From positions 1-42,214 of the forward strand of contig JAMONG010000114.1 in NCBI GenBank assembly GCA_027066595.1: a stretch of 42,214 nucleotides of DNA, in the 5' to 3' direction. Below, piece by piece: positions 9,575 to 19,387 of the stretch. The position numbers and the translations under genes are program-made. How positions within the stretch are numbered: the first letter of the stretch is position 1; each line of letters opens with the position of its first letter. The notes under the pieces are model-generated. The model saw only the letters and a program-made list of their open reading frames with translations, was not told the DNA's origin and did no database searches. This DNA is from Sulfurovum sp. GTDB lineage: Bacteria > Campylobacterota > Campylobacteria > Campylobacterales > Sulfurovaceae.

Positions 9575-10574
9575 GGTTTTTGCTCCATATCATCATATCT
9601 ACATCTTTTTTCTGTGTATGTAAAAATGCTAAATTCATTGTAGTATTATAGGTTAAAGAGTTTGTAGAGAGCTTAGGGGTTTGGTAGATAAGCATCCAAT
9701 CTATCTTCTCTTTTAAAGCATTGAGCATCCCCTCACCACCTTCTACCATCACAAAAGAAGGCTTTTTTAAAAAGTCCAAATTGTGGACTATCTCAACCTC
9801 TCTATTGTCGATGCCAAAAAGTGGAATCTCTCTATCAAAATCATCTACTTTAGAGTAAATACGGATATCAGGAGCATCACCACCGCTAAAGCGACAATCA
9901 AGGGTAGGTTTATCTACTCTTACGGTATTGCCCCCTATAAGTAATGTACTACACACTTCTCTGAGTTGATGTACATGTGTAAGTGAAGCTTTAGAACTTA
10001 GGTAGCCACCACCGATACGTCCATTAGAAGTTTGGGCTAATTTAAACAATACAAAGGCACGACTTTGCCATATGAGGAAAGGTTCGAGTAAGGCTTTGCA
10101 AGATTCTTCTAATATGCCAATTTTAATTGTCGAGGAGAGGATTCCCCGACCTACGATATCTATACCACCATCATGCCCTACGATGGGGTCTCTCATACCT
10201 ATTACCACTCGCTCCAAATGTAACTGTTCGAGTAACAATGCACATGAAGGTGTCTTGCCTGTATGAGAACATGGCTCTAACGTCACATAGATACTACACT
10301 CAGAGAAAAACCCTTCTGGTAAATCCAATAAGAATTTATGCCCAAGCTGTGAATCAAACCTATCAAAATCTATCTTATTCCCAGAAATACTCTCATACGC
10401 ACTTAACAATGCCAAAACCTCTGCATGAGAAGTCCCAGCTTTTTGGTGGGCTTCTATACTGAGTATCTTACCTTTCTGCACTACCACAGCTCCCACAGCA
10501 GGGTTAGGGTATGTCAAGCCTTGGTACTTCCATGCCTTATCTAGGGCTAGTTGCATGTAGAATTCGTCTATCAT
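9564..10574 (-). CDS. ribD: Riboflavin biosynthesis deaminase/reductase
   Basis: Motifs PNPAVGAV, HAE, TLEPCSHTGKTPSC and VEGG. Start trimmed from 10622 to the ATG at 10574 (MIDEFYMQLAL). Confidence 0.95.
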   Translation of the reverse strand: MIDEFYMQLALDKAWKYQGLTYPNPAVGAVVVQKGKILSIEAHQKAGTSHAEVLALLSAYESISGNKIDFDRFDSQLGHKFLLDLPEGFFSECSIYVTLEPCSHTGKTPSCALLLEQLHLERVVIGMRDPIVGHDGGIDIVGRGILSSTIKIGILEESCKALLEPFLIWQSRAFVLFKLAQTSNGRIGGGYLSSKASLTHVHQLREVCSTLLIGGNTVRVDKPTLDCRFSGGDAPDIRIYSKVDDFDREIPLFGIDNREVEIVHNLDFLKKPSFVMVEGGEGMLNALKEKIDWMLIYQTPKLSTNSLTYNTTMNLAFLHTQKKDVDMMIWSKNLGH

Positions 10575-10634
10575 TTTTTGCCTTTTTTGTATCATGTTAA
10601 CTTTTATGCATTTTTTCAACATAATACTACTGAT

Positions 10635-10663
10635 ATGTTAGAATTTTCATATTTTTCTAACAT
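10635..10663. terminator. Possible hairpin downstream of the HNH gene
   Basis: Inverted repeat ATGTTAGAA-N11-TTCTAACAT just after the HNH stop. It is AT-rich and weak. Confidence 0.3.
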
Positions 10664-10666
10664 GTA

Positions 10667-11512
10667 CTATATCGCTCTTTGCTTACACCCTTCCCCACAA
10701 TACCAATCACTCTCTGACAAAGCTTGATACAAAGCACTTTCCCAAGAGTTTAAATGCAAGTTTTTAAACTTTAAAAAATCTTTTTGCAAATGCTTCTTTC
10801 TAAGTCTTTTTTTTAAAGGATATAATGTAAAGCTATTATTCAATTTAGCTAATTCATTCGTAGCTTCAACAGCAAACCTATTTTTTAAATCATACTCAAT
10901 AAAATGAGCTTCTACTCTAGCTTTAGAAATATTATCCCAATTAGTAGGTGCATTTACTTTAAAACCTACAGAAAGAGGAGAGGTTTCTTTAACTTCTGCA
11001 AATAACCATTGTCCATCTGTAAAATCATCATAGTATGGATGAAGGGCTTGTTTGTCTTTTACATTTGTAAAACTACTTCCTTTTCCTGTATTACAATCTT
11101 TACAACAAGGCACAAGATTATATGGTAGAACTGAATAAGTTGGAAATTTTGATTTAACCAAATAATGGTCTAATGTTGAAACTTGTCCTATACCACAAAA
11201 TAGACATTTACTTAAAGGAGCTAATGCCATTAATTTATCATATATTGCTCTTCCTTTTGGCTTAGCTACCATTTGTTGAGTATATAATGTTTTTTTCATA
11301 TCATCTTTTGTAAGAATTCCATTTACATCATTATGTATTGGAATAGTATATAAGTCTCCAATACAAGCTTTACTATCATATTCATCTGATTTAATTTTTA
11401 TATACTTTTTAACCTTTCTAAATGTATCTCTTTTTGCTCTAATACCAATACTATTCAAACATTTTGAATAAACTAATGATGGTTCAAGTATAGGCTTTTC
11501 AATTATTCTCAT
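10667..11512 (-). CDS. HNH endonuclease (Septu PtuB-like effector)
   Basis: Zinc-binding HNH motif CLFC...LDHYLVKSKFP...NLVPCCKDCN. Starts 1 nt after the ATPase stop. Confidence 0.85.
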   Translation of the reverse strand: MRIIEKPILEPSLVYSKCLNSIGIRAKRDTFRKVKKYIKIKSDEYDSKACIGDLYTIPIHNDVNGILTKDDMKKTLYTQQMVAKPKGRAIYDKLMALAPLSKCLFCGIGQVSTLDHYLVKSKFPTYSVLPYNLVPCCKDCNTGKGSSFTNVKDKQALHPYYDDFTDGQWLFAEVKETSPLSVGFKVNAPTNWDNISKARVEAHFIEYDLKNRFAVEATNELAKLNNSFTLYPLKKRLRKKHLQKDFLKFKNLHLNSWESALYQALSESDWYCGEGCKQRAI

Positions 11513-11513
11513 C

Positions 11514-13037
11514 CTAAAATAAATCCTCTATATCATCATTATCAACTGTCAATGCTCTTAACAATAATTGTGCTTCAAATCCTAATTGATTATCGTACTT
11601 TTTAAGAATTTTGCTAAAACTCAATCCTTTGTCAACTTCTTTTTTTAATAGCCTATGAAATCCTGATTCTGCAACTTCCAAACCAAATATTTCACGAGTT
11701 AAAGTACCTATGTTTTCTCCAAAGGTCTCTATTTCAGGTCGTTCTGCTTTGGCTTCTAATCCAAATCTACTTAATTTCCATACACAGTTTTTAGGTACTT
11801 CTTGAACAATTACAGGAGAGTGTGTAGCTATAATTGCTACAGCATTTTTATCTATTAATAAATCAGATAAAGCTCGTATAAAAGCAGATAATAAAGGAGG
11901 ATGAAGATGCCCCTCTGGTTCATCCAAAAGTACTAAAGTTTTTTCTTCTATTGTTTCAACTAATTTTGTAAGTGTCAATAATACTATTGCATGACCTGAA
12001 CTCAATCGTTTAAATAGTTTTAATACTTTTTTATCATTCCATTCTTCCTCTGCTAATTGAGTTATATTAATTTGGGCAAAAAGAGGGTCTGATTCCAAAC
12101 TTGTTACAGCATCTATCCATTTTTCTTTTTTACCTATCCCAAAAGAATATCTAATACTTTCTAAAAACTCTTTAGCCAATTTAGGAAAAGGCTTAAGAGT
12201 TATTTTTCCTTTTGTATACTCTTTTAATCCTATATATGTATATCTAAAATTTTCATGATTATTATCCTCTTTCGAATAAGGAGTAAAAGGGTCAAATGCA
12301 CTATAGGAAACAGATACTACACCTGAAAAAAACTCTTCTTCCTCTACTTCATCCCAATCATCCTCTATAGAGGTAAACATACCTTTATTATTTTCTTCTT
12401 TAATTAAAGTTTTGACCATATTATTAAGTAAATGGGTTTTTCCTACACCATTTGTACCTATTAACACATGAATATTACTTGGAGGGTTAGAATTAGGTTC
12501 AACACTAAAAGTAAGTTTATACCCTGCCTCTCTCTCAGACTGCTCTGTTTCATATTGAAAATCATAATTTGTAAGTATTACACCACCTGCTAAGATTCGT
12601 TTATATTGTCCTTTAATCGTAGCTAGACCTGTACCTCTTAACAGAGAGGTATTTGTAACATCTTCTTTTAAAGCTTCTTCTTGTAACTCTTCATCATAAA
12701 CAATATCATGCAGTCCAACAAGTAATTGTTTTTTTAATTCAGGTGTAAGACTTTGAATCTTTACATAATAATCAACACTTTGACCTAAAGAGAAATATTG
12801 TTCATCTAATTGAGTGAATTCAATTTCTAATTCCGTTCTTTCTTCTGTGGTTTGTCCAAAAGAAGCAATTTTGATAGAACCTAAATCATATTTTTTACCT
12901 TTTTCATCAAAAAGAGTAATTTCATATAATGTTTTATAACCAAAATCATCCCAATTATCTACATTTAAATATACTGCTTGTTTTGCTTCTTTAGGTAAAC
13001 TAGTTACTTGTTTATAAAATTTTAACTTATTATTCAT
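11514..13037 (-). CDS. ABC-type (AAA_21-like) ATPase of a defence system (Septu PtuA-like)
   Basis: Walker A GTNGVGKT, signature LSSGH, Walker B/D-loop VLLDEPEGHLHP and H-loop IIATHSP. No TM segments. Extra N-terminal domain begins DNWDDFGYKT. Confidence 0.85.
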   Translation of the reverse strand: MNNKLKFYKQVTSLPKEAKQAVYLNVDNWDDFGYKTLYEITLFDEKGKKYDLGSIKIASFGQTTEERTELEIEFTQLDEQYFSLGQSVDYYVKIQSLTPELKKQLLVGLHDIVYDEELQEEALKEDVTNTSLLRGTGLATIKGQYKRILAGGVILTNYDFQYETEQSEREAGYKLTFSVEPNSNPPSNIHVLIGTNGVGKTHLLNNMVKTLIKEENNKGMFTSIEDDWDEVEEEEFFSGVVSVSYSAFDPFTPYSKEDNNHENFRYTYIGLKEYTKGKITLKPFPKLAKEFLESIRYSFGIGKKEKWIDAVTSLESDPLFAQINITQLAEEEWNDKKVLKLFKRLSSGHAIVLLTLTKLVETIEEKTLVLLDEPEGHLHPPLLSAFIRALSDLLIDKNAVAIIATHSPVIVQEVPKNCVWKLSRFGLEAKAERPEIETFGENIGTLTREIFGLEVAESGFHRLLKKEVDKGLSFSKILKKYDNQLGFEAQLLLRALTVDNDDIEDLF

Positions 13038-13149
13038 TAGTAATATTTCTTTCTAACTCTAAAACATCCCTCTCAATCTCAACCTTCAACTCTTCTTCTG
13101 TAGGAAGATAGAGCTTGTACTTAGAGACAAAGAGCTTTTTATAATTCAT
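13030..13149 (-). pseudogene. 39-aa ORF resembling the C-terminal tail of YhcG/DUF1016 (PDDEXK nuclease); remnant or coupling peptide
   Basis: Manual translation: MNYKKLFVSKYKLYLPTEEELKVEIERDVLELERNITNE*. 'FxSKYKLYLPTEEEL' matches my recollection of DUF1016 C-termini. Confidence 0.7.
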
Positions 13150-13884
13150 CTAATCTACTTTAGTTACATCTAATACGTACTGACTAAACCACAATGGTAC
13201 TTGTGAACTTTTATAAGTTATTTCTGAGGTATTATCTATCTGAGCTATCCAAATTTTAGTATGGGTAGAGTTGTCAAACATATATGCTCTATCTGTATAT
13301 TTTATAGCTTTAGAGAGTAGTTTCATAGAACGGTAGTAACGACTTGTTATTTTCTCTTCTGGAACATTGTGTCCTCCAAGTTTTACTCTGTTTTTTACTC
13401 GTGATATATTGATAGCGGGGTCTTGCGTTGTCACAAAATAAAGATACGTTCTATACCCTGCATTTTGTGCTTTCTTTAAAAACTCTACCTTGTCTTCTGA
13501 AGACATAACAGTCTCAAAAGTAAATGATACTTTTAAATCAAGAAGTCTATGACGAATGAAGTCAGCACAGACAGATGCAAAATAGGAATTTACTATTATT
13601 TCATAAAAACTTATCTTGTTATCGGTTACAGTTAATAGCCTTGCTTCCGCTTCTAAATCTACATTTTGTATAAGTGAATGGTGCATAAAAAAAGAAAGTA
13701 TCTCTTCTGTTGTTGTACTAATATCATAGCTATTAAGGTCTAAAAAATCAAATTTTTTAATCTCTTTTTCTATCTCGTCAGCATTGATATAGATGCCTAA
13801 AAGATTTTCATTCAGAATGGTATTGAGTGTGCTTTTACCACTACCATTGGGACCCGCAAACATCCTAACTCTAGGGGTATTCAT
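13150..13884 (-). CDS. Zeta-toxin-like P-loop NTPase/kinase (COG4185-type)
   Basis: Motifs MFAGPNGSGKST, INADEI, SFTFETV, RVKNRVKLGGHNVPEEKI and FDNS. Confidence 0.85.
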   Translation of the reverse strand: MNTPRVRMFAGPNGSGKSTLNTILNENLLGIYINADEIEKEIKKFDFLDLNSYDISTTTEEILSFFMHHSLIQNVDLEAEARLLTVTDNKISFYEIIVNSYFASVCADFIRHRLLDLKVSFTFETVMSSEDKVEFLKKAQNAGYRTYLYFVTTQDPAINISRVKNRVKLGGHNVPEEKITSRYYRSMKLLSKAIKYTDRAYMFDNSTHTKIWIAQIDNTSEITYKSSQVPLWFSQYVLDVTKVD

Positions 13885-14103
13885 TTATAAATAGACTTTC
13901 TTGCTCATATCTACTTCTATCAAAGCAGGTACATCTTTTATTTTTTTCTTTGTACCGTTAGGATGTACTTCATATAAAATACCCTCTTGTACTTCAAGGA
14001 CAATATTCCCAGCAGATAAACTATCGAGATATGCTTTTGTTACAGCACCCGAAGCCAATAAGGGAATCATCTGTTCTAAGTTATCAATCTCTTGTTCTTG
14101 CAT
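13885..14103 (-). CDS. Small protein, probable antitoxin partner of the zeta-like protein
   Basis: 72 aa with RBS GGAG. Its stop abuts the ATG of the zeta-like gene (TAAATG), an arrangement typical of type II TA pairs. Confidence 0.6.
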   Translation of the reverse strand: MQEQEIDNLEQMIPLLASGAVTKAYLDSLSAGNIVLEVQEGILYEVHPNGTKKKIKDVPALIEVDMSKKVYL

Positions 14104-14204
14104 GACTTACTCCATAAAAATATATTATCTATATTGTACCCTAAAAGAAAAAAAGTTTAAATGGAAAAATAAGAAAGAGTGAGTGGGAGATGATAGACCT
14201 AAGC

Positions 14205-14633
14205 CTACCACTCAAAATAAGTTTTACATGTATTAAGGTCTGCGTACGCGTAGGTTTCTTCACCTGCTTTGGTCTCTACTGTTACAGACTTGTTATCTGC
14301 AGATTTGAGCGTGCCTTTGAGTTTGTTACCGTCACATAGTTTGAACTTTACTTTTTCACCTACTGCATTTTGAAAATGTACAGGCTTTACAAGTTTACGC
14401 TCAATACCAGGAGAAGAAATTTCGAGTCTATATGCTTGATTCATAGGTGGGTGTACATCTAAAAAAGGAGAAAGTTCATGGGAAATGCTGGCACATAAGT
14501 CTAGCTTTACACCACCTACTTTAGTGATTAATACACGGTAGATAGTCTCGTCAAACTCTGTGACTATCTCTGTGTCATATAGTGCTGCACCGTTGGCTTC
14601 GATGATTTTGGCTATTTGAACTTCAAGATTCAT
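14205..14633 (-). CDS. rimP: Ribosome maturation factor RimP
   Basis: Motif YRLEISSPGIERKL. Start trimmed to the ATG at 14633 (MNLEVQIAKII). Follows rbfA. Confidence 0.95.
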   Translation of the reverse strand: MNLEVQIAKIIEANGAALYDTEIVTEFDETIYRVLITKVGGVKLDLCASISHELSPFLDVHPPMNQAYRLEISSPGIERKLVKPVHFQNAVGEKVKFKLCDGNKLKGTLKSADNKSVTVETKAGEETYAYADLNTCKTYFEW

Positions 14634-15021
14634 CTGCACTATCCTTATCATTATTTGTTTCGTTTGACTTGTTACGTCCTTCAATCTGCTTGAAAAGATC
14701 TTCAATACGAGATACCTGCTCTAACTGATGGTCAAATTCAAAAGTAAATATAGGTGCCTTAAACCACCCTTCACTTTGCTTACAATGGTTTTGAAGATAT
14801 GGACCTATTTTACGTAGTTGTTTAAGGGCTTCGCCCTGTTCTTTTTCGTTTAAAAAAGATTTATCTAAATAAACTTTTGCATTTGAACGTCCTTTAGAAC
14901 ACTTGACATCATTTACTGCCAAGGAATTTATACGTTCATCACTTAAACTTGAAAATGCCTCAGGTAGTATCTCTTTAAGGACGGACTCTACTCTATGACG
15001 TTTTATCTCTTCTTGTGTCAT
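14623..15021 (-). CDS. rbfA: Ribosome-binding factor A
   Basis: Motifs RHRVESVLKE, AKVYLD and WFKAPIFTFEFD. Lies between infB and rimP. Confidence 0.93.
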   Translation of the reverse strand: MTQEEIKRHRVESVLKEILPEAFSSLSDERINSLAVNDVKCSKGRSNAKVYLDKSFLNEKEQGEALKQLRKIGPYLQNHCKQSEGWFKAPIFTFEFDHQLEQVSRIEDLFKQIEGRNKSNETNNDKDSADES

Positions 15022-15026
15022 AGGAC

Positions 15027-17702
15027 TTAGTCCATTTTCACTTGTTCTTCAACATCTTTAAATGTTTCTATAACATCGCCAGCTTTTATGTCGTTAAAGT
15101 TTTCAAGCATGATACCACATTCATAACCATTCTTGACTTCTTTTGCATCCTCTGTGTGACGTTTAAGAGATGAGATGGTACTTTCATAAACAACCACACC
15201 ATCTCTGATGAGTCTTGCTTTTGAGTTCCTAGTAATACTACCATCAGAGACTTTACACCCTGCAATAGTCCCTACTTTACCAACCACAAATGTCTCACGT
15301 ACATCTGCTTGACCAGTTACTTCTTCTTTAATCACTGGACTCATCATACCACCAAGAAGTGCTTTAACTTCGTCTAATAGATCATAGATAATTGTATAGG
15401 TACGTATTTCAATACCAAGCTCTTTTGCTTTCTTCTTCACTGAACCTGTAGGACGAACATTAAACCCAAGCACTACTGAGTGCTCAGAAGCATCTGCAAG
15501 GGTAAGATCACTCTCTGTTACACCACCTACACCTTCGTGTATAATGTTAACTTTAACTTCTTCATTTCTAAGTTTTTCTAAGCTACCTTTGATAGCTTCA
15601 AGTGAACCTTGCACATCTGCCTTAATGATAATAGGAAGTGCTTTAAGCTGCCCTTCGGCAATAAGTGCTGAAAGGTCATCAAGTGTTGCTTTTGTACTTT
15701 TAGAAAGATCTTTAGCTCTCATGAACTCTGCTCTTTTTTCTGCGAGTTCACGTACTTCTTTGTCTGTATCCATTACGATAAGTTCTTCTCCTGCACCAGG
15801 TACTTCATTAAGTCCTACAATGGCAGCAGGTGTTGACGGTCCTATCTCTTTTACATTGGTACCATCATCAAGTCTTATAGCTTTAATACGTCCATATGTC
15901 TTACCAACGATGACATTGTCACCTACTCTAAGCGTACCATTTTGGATAATCACATTCGCAACTGGACCAAAACCTTTTTCTACAGAGGCTTCAACAACGA
16001 CTGCTTTTGCATCTCTAGTTGCATCTGCTTTAAGCTCCATAAGTTCTGCTTGAAGTAGAATAGTTTCAAGTAAATCGTCTATACCTTCACCCGAATGAGC
16101 TGAAACTGGTATAAACTCATACGCTCCACCCCAATCAGTTGATACCACTTCTATCTCTGAAAGTTGCGCTTTGAGGTTATCAGGATTTGCAGCTTCTTTA
16201 TCCATTTTGTTCATGGCAATAATCATCGGAACGCCAGCTGCTTTAGTATGGGCTATGGCTTCTTTAGTTTGAGGCATTACACCATCATCCGCAGCGACTA
16301 CGATAATCACAATATCTGTAGCTTGTGCACCACGTGCTCTCATGGCAGTAAATGCTTCGTGCCCTGGTGTATCTACGAAAGTAATTTTCTTACCATTTTT
16401 TTCTACTTGGTAAGCACCCACGTGCTGCGTGATACCTCCAGCTTCTTTATCTGCTACTTTTGCTTCACGTATTTTATCAAGTAATGATGTCTTACCATGA
16501 TCCACATGCCCCATGATAGTAATCACTGGTGCTCTCTCCGTGGCATTTTCATCTTCAATTGCATCATAGGCATCACTATAGTCAAGTTCATCCAAAGGAT
16601 TTACTGTTGTGACTTCCACTTCAAACTCATCTGCAAGAATTTCTATCTCATCTTTAGATAAGAAGTCATTTTTTGTTACCATCATACCAAGTGCAAAAAG
16701 TACACCTACAACTTCTCCTACTTTACGGTTTACCTGCTCAGCAAACTCGTAAACTCTTACATTTTCCGGTATCTCAATAGTCGTTACGGCTTCTGTATTT
16801 TCTTCTCTCACATATTTTTTACGTTTCCCACCACGTTTAAGCCCACGTCTTTGTTGAGGACGGAACGGTGATCTACCTCTAATCGGACCACCATTTTGAG
16901 CTTCACGTTTTTTCATCTCTTCTTTACGTTTTTGCTCTTGACGCATCATTTGTTCATAAATATTTTTATCTGAGAAGTCTAAAAGAACTACCTCTTCGCC
17001 ACCAAAACCAGAATCTATATCTCCAGACATAGAGTCATGATTAAAGATATCTATCTTTTTCCCTGTATCTCTCGCTTCTGCTATCTTCTTTGTTTTCTTT
17101 TTACCTACATAAGGCTCATAGTTTGTAGATCCAAAAGAAATTTTTGTTCCTGCTCTAACTGGGACAGGTTTTGCTTTTCTAACTATTTTAATACCACCAC
17201 GAGAAAGTACTCTTTTCTTAGGAGTATCAGAAGAAGCTTCTTTCTTAGCAAGAGGAACCTCTTCTGTTTTTTTACTGGCAATAGAAATACCTTTACGCTT
17301 TTTAATCTCTTTAGGTTCAGGTACCTTAGCAACTTCTTCTGTTACCTCTTCTTTAGTAACAGTTTCTACTATTTCTTCTGTAACTTCTTCTACTGGCTCT
17401 TCAACTTTTTCAGTATCTACAGAAGTCTCTACTGTTTCTTCTGCTGCTCTGTTATCTACTGTTTCTTCTACTGATTCTTCTTTTTTCTTGACCACAGTAA
17501 TCTTAGACTTTGTAACTGGCTTCTTAAATGCTTTAGGTAATCTACCACTTATTGCATAATCAACAAGGATACCAGCAGCATCCAAACTTATTGTACTGTT
17601 GGCTGCTTTGACATCAAAGCCTAATTCTTTTGCTTTTTCAATCAAATCGCCATTAGACAATCCTGCTTCATCTGCTATTTCTTGGATTTTAACTTTATCC
17701 AT
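15027..17702 (-). CDS. infB: Translation initiation factor IF-2
   Basis: Motifs [31 protein letters not shown] and GYECG. Confidence 0.99.
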   Translation of the reverse strand: MDKVKIQEIADEAGLSNGDLIEKAKELGFDVKAANSTISLDAAGILVDYAISGRLPKAFKKPVTKSKITVVKKKEESVEETVDNRAAEETVETSVDTEKVEEPVEEVTEEIVETVTKEEVTEEVAKVPEPKEIKKRKGISIASKKTEEVPLAKKEASSDTPKKRVLSRGGIKIVRKAKPVPVRAGTKISFGSTNYEPYVGKKKTKKIAEARDTGKKIDIFNHDSMSGDIDSGFGGEEVVLLDFSDKNIYEQMMRQEQKRKEEMKKREAQNGGPIRGRSPFRPQQRRGLKRGGKRKKYVREENTEAVTTIEIPENVRVYEFAEQVNRKVGEVVGVLFALGMMVTKNDFLSKDEIEILADEFEVEVTTVNPLDELDYSDAYDAIEDENATERAPVITIMGHVDHGKTSLLDKIREAKVADKEAGGITQHVGAYQVEKNGKKITFVDTPGHEAFTAMRARGAQATDIVIIVVAADDGVMPQTKEAIAHTKAAGVPMIIAMNKMDKEAANPDNLKAQLSEIEVVSTDWGGAYEFIPVSAHSGEGIDDLLETILLQAELMELKADATRDAKAVVVEASVEKGFGPVANVIIQNGTLRVGDNVIVGKTYGRIKAIRLDDGTNVKEIGPSTPAAIVGLNEVPGAGEELIVMDTDKEVRELAEKRAEFMRAKDLSKSTKATLDDLSALIAEGQLKALPIIIKADVQGSLEAIKGSLEKLRNEEVKVNIIHEGVGGVTESDLTLADASEHSVVLGFNVRPTGSVKKKAKELGIEIRTYTIIYDLLDEVKALLGGMMSPVIKEEVTGQADVRETFVVGKVGTIAGCKVSDGSITRNSKARLIRDGVVVYESTISSLKRHTEDAKEVKNGYECGIMLENFNDIKAGDVIETFKDVEEQVKMD

Positions 17703-17716
17703 TGTTCATTAACTCC

Positions 17717-17986
17717 TTAATTTTGATGCGACGTATCGCATGAGTTGGCTGGTGGAGACAACTCTGTCAATAACTTAGAAAATGTTTCAAACTCTTGTTT
17801 AAAACGTTTTGCTAAGCCTTTAACTTTTTTTTCATTTTTCACACAAGTACTACAGACATAAAAACTGCGACCTATTCCATTGAATGATAGAACACTATGA
17901 CCTAAAAGTTGTAATCGTATCAAAGTATTTTGAGGATATCGACTTCTACAAGTGACGCACATGCGTATGGGCTGTGATTTTTTCAT
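17717..17986 (-). CDS. ylxR: YlxR/DUF448 RNA-binding protein
   Basis: Motif PIRMCVTCR...GRSFYVCSTC. Lies upstream of infB. Confidence 0.85.
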   Translation of the reverse strand: MKKSQPIRMCVTCRSRYPQNTLIRLQLLGHSVLSFNGIGRSFYVCSTCVKNEKKVKGLAKRFKQEFETFSKLLTELSPPANSCDTSHQN

Positions 17987-18021
17987 GCGTATTATACCTA
18001 AAAAGAGATTAAGCTTATCGC

Positions 18022-18903
18022 TTAGTTTTTGGTGAGAACACCATTATTATCTAAAGCCAGTGTAAATACACGAAATTGTGGGAACCGTGACTGTAAGATT
18101 TTTGCAATTTTATCTGCATCTTTATCATAACAAAGATTGAAAAATGTAGAACCTGACCCCGAGAGTGTAGACATCAATGCACCATGTTTAAGTGCTAATT
18201 TTTGCACATCAAAAAGTTCTGGAATCATCTTCATACGTCTTGCTTGATGTAACTTGTCTTTAGACGCAATACGTAATAAATCCCAAGACTCAGACATAAA
18301 TAATGCCGTCATATATGAAGACCTAGAAAGAGAATATATTGTCTCTTCTTTTCTATACATTTTTGGTAAAATAGTCCGTGACCTTGCTGTAGAAATAGTA
18401 CGATTAGGTACAACAACCACTGCTCTTAAGTAGTCAGGGAGACGTCTTTTTTTACTATAAACCCTGTCTCCTTCTACACAAGATACATTAAAACCACCCA
18501 TTACTGCAGATGTAATATTATCAGGATGATGTTCATAACGTAAAGCTTGATTTAAAATTTCTCTTTTATTATATTTTTTATCTGCCATTGTGTATGCAGC
18601 ACTTAGTGCTGCAACTATCACGGCAGATGAAGACCCTAAACCTCTAGAAATAGGTATACGGTTATGAAATTCAAATCTAAAATTATCATCTCTATTTGTC
18701 AGTCGTTTATAATTTTCATTATAAATACTTAAAAAAAGAGAATTCTTTTTAATTTTTGGATTTTCGCTTCCTTCTCCTTGTGTTGACAAACTTAAAAACT
18801 TTGAAGGAGTAATAATCACTTCATTTCTTAAATCTACTGCAAGCCCTAAGGTATCAAAACCTGGACCTAGGTTTGCAGATGTGGCAGGTACGCTTACAAA
18901 CAT
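18022..18903 (-). CDS. thrB: Homoserine kinase
   Basis: Motifs [29 protein letters not shown] and SGSGST. Start trimmed to the ATG at 18903. Confidence 0.97.
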   Translation of the reverse strand: MFVSVPATSANLGPGFDTLGLAVDLRNEVIITPSKFLSLSTQGEGSENPKIKKNSLFLSIYNENYKRLTNRDDNFRFEFHNRIPISRGLGSSSAVIVAALSAAYTMADKKYNKREILNQALRYEHHPDNITSAVMGGFNVSCVEGDRVYSKKRRLPDYLRAVVVVPNRTISTARSRTILPKMYRKEETIYSLSRSSYMTALFMSESWDLLRIASKDKLHQARRMKMIPELFDVQKLALKHGALMSTLSGSGSTFFNLCYDKDADKIAKILQSRFPQFRVFTLALDNNGVLTKN

Positions 18904-18919
18904 TAAATGACTTCTTCCC

Positions 18920-19387
18920 TTAAACAGCAGGCAGTATATACTCAGGTGTTGATTCTTCATCGATTTTAAGATCATGAATACTTTGAGGTAATACAAAATT
19001 TGCATTTACTGTGTGTTCAAATTTTTTTGTCATTATAGTCTCTTTTTCCTTGATAAAATAAAGATTGCCTATTGCTTTAATTGGTTCTGCTCCATTCAGC
19101 ATAAAGCCACTACAACCAAAGCATGGTATTGCACGTACAATTTCAAGTGTTTTAAGCATAATATATGTTAATTTTATTGCCATGTAGGAACCTGGTCCTC
19201 TAGTGTAAATGATACGTGATATGTCATAAACATTAATATATTCCATTAGTATAGGCAAAAGAATCTCAGAGGTTTTTTTTTCACTAAACTTGCTATCTAT
19301 AAGTTCGTTATCTTTATAAAGACCAATAAGTAAGGGTGATGCTATTGAAATAATTAGAAGTGTATATTTATGCGAAAGATTTTGCAA
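18920..19387 (-). CDS. tsaB: Short TsaB-like glycoprotease-family protein (t6A biosynthesis)
   Basis: Motif [11 protein letters not shown]. Position between lpxC and thrB matches Campylobacterota gene order. Confidence 0.75.
   Translation of the reverse strand: MQNLSHKYTLLIISIASPLLIGLYKDNELIDSKFSEKKTSEILLPILMEYINVYDISRIIYTRGPGSYMAIKLTYIMLKTLEIVRAIPCFGCSGFMLNGAEPIKAIGNLYFIKEKETIMTKKFEHTVNANFVLPQSIHDLKIDEESTPEYILPAV

Noticed and set aside
14165-14190. Pyrimidine-rich tract on the minus strand after rimP sharing TCTCCCAC with the hsrA-downstream element
   Set aside because: Only 8 nt, no flanking hairpins, and same-sense on the transcript, so not a pairing target.
10566-14198. 9-bp inverted repeat (GTCTATCAT at 10566 / ATGATAGAC at 14190) bracketing the defence island
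   Set aside because: It does not extend, one copy is simply the ribD start, and the same 9-mer begins serS. There is no transposase, so it is probably chance.
10600-14200. Retron (type I-A) interpretation of the ATPase-HNH pair
   Set aside because: No reverse transcriptase ORF and no room or inverted repeats for an msr-msd ncRNA.
14634-14705. Extended ORF starts for rimP (also ribD 10622, thrB 19005, plsY 24647, OMP 40878)
   Set aside because: The extensions overlap neighbouring genes or promoters. Downstream ATGs fit family N-termini better.
15544-17474. Plus-strand ORFs opposite infB, and similar ones opposite nadC/nadA
   Set aside because: Antisense shadows of well-supported genes.
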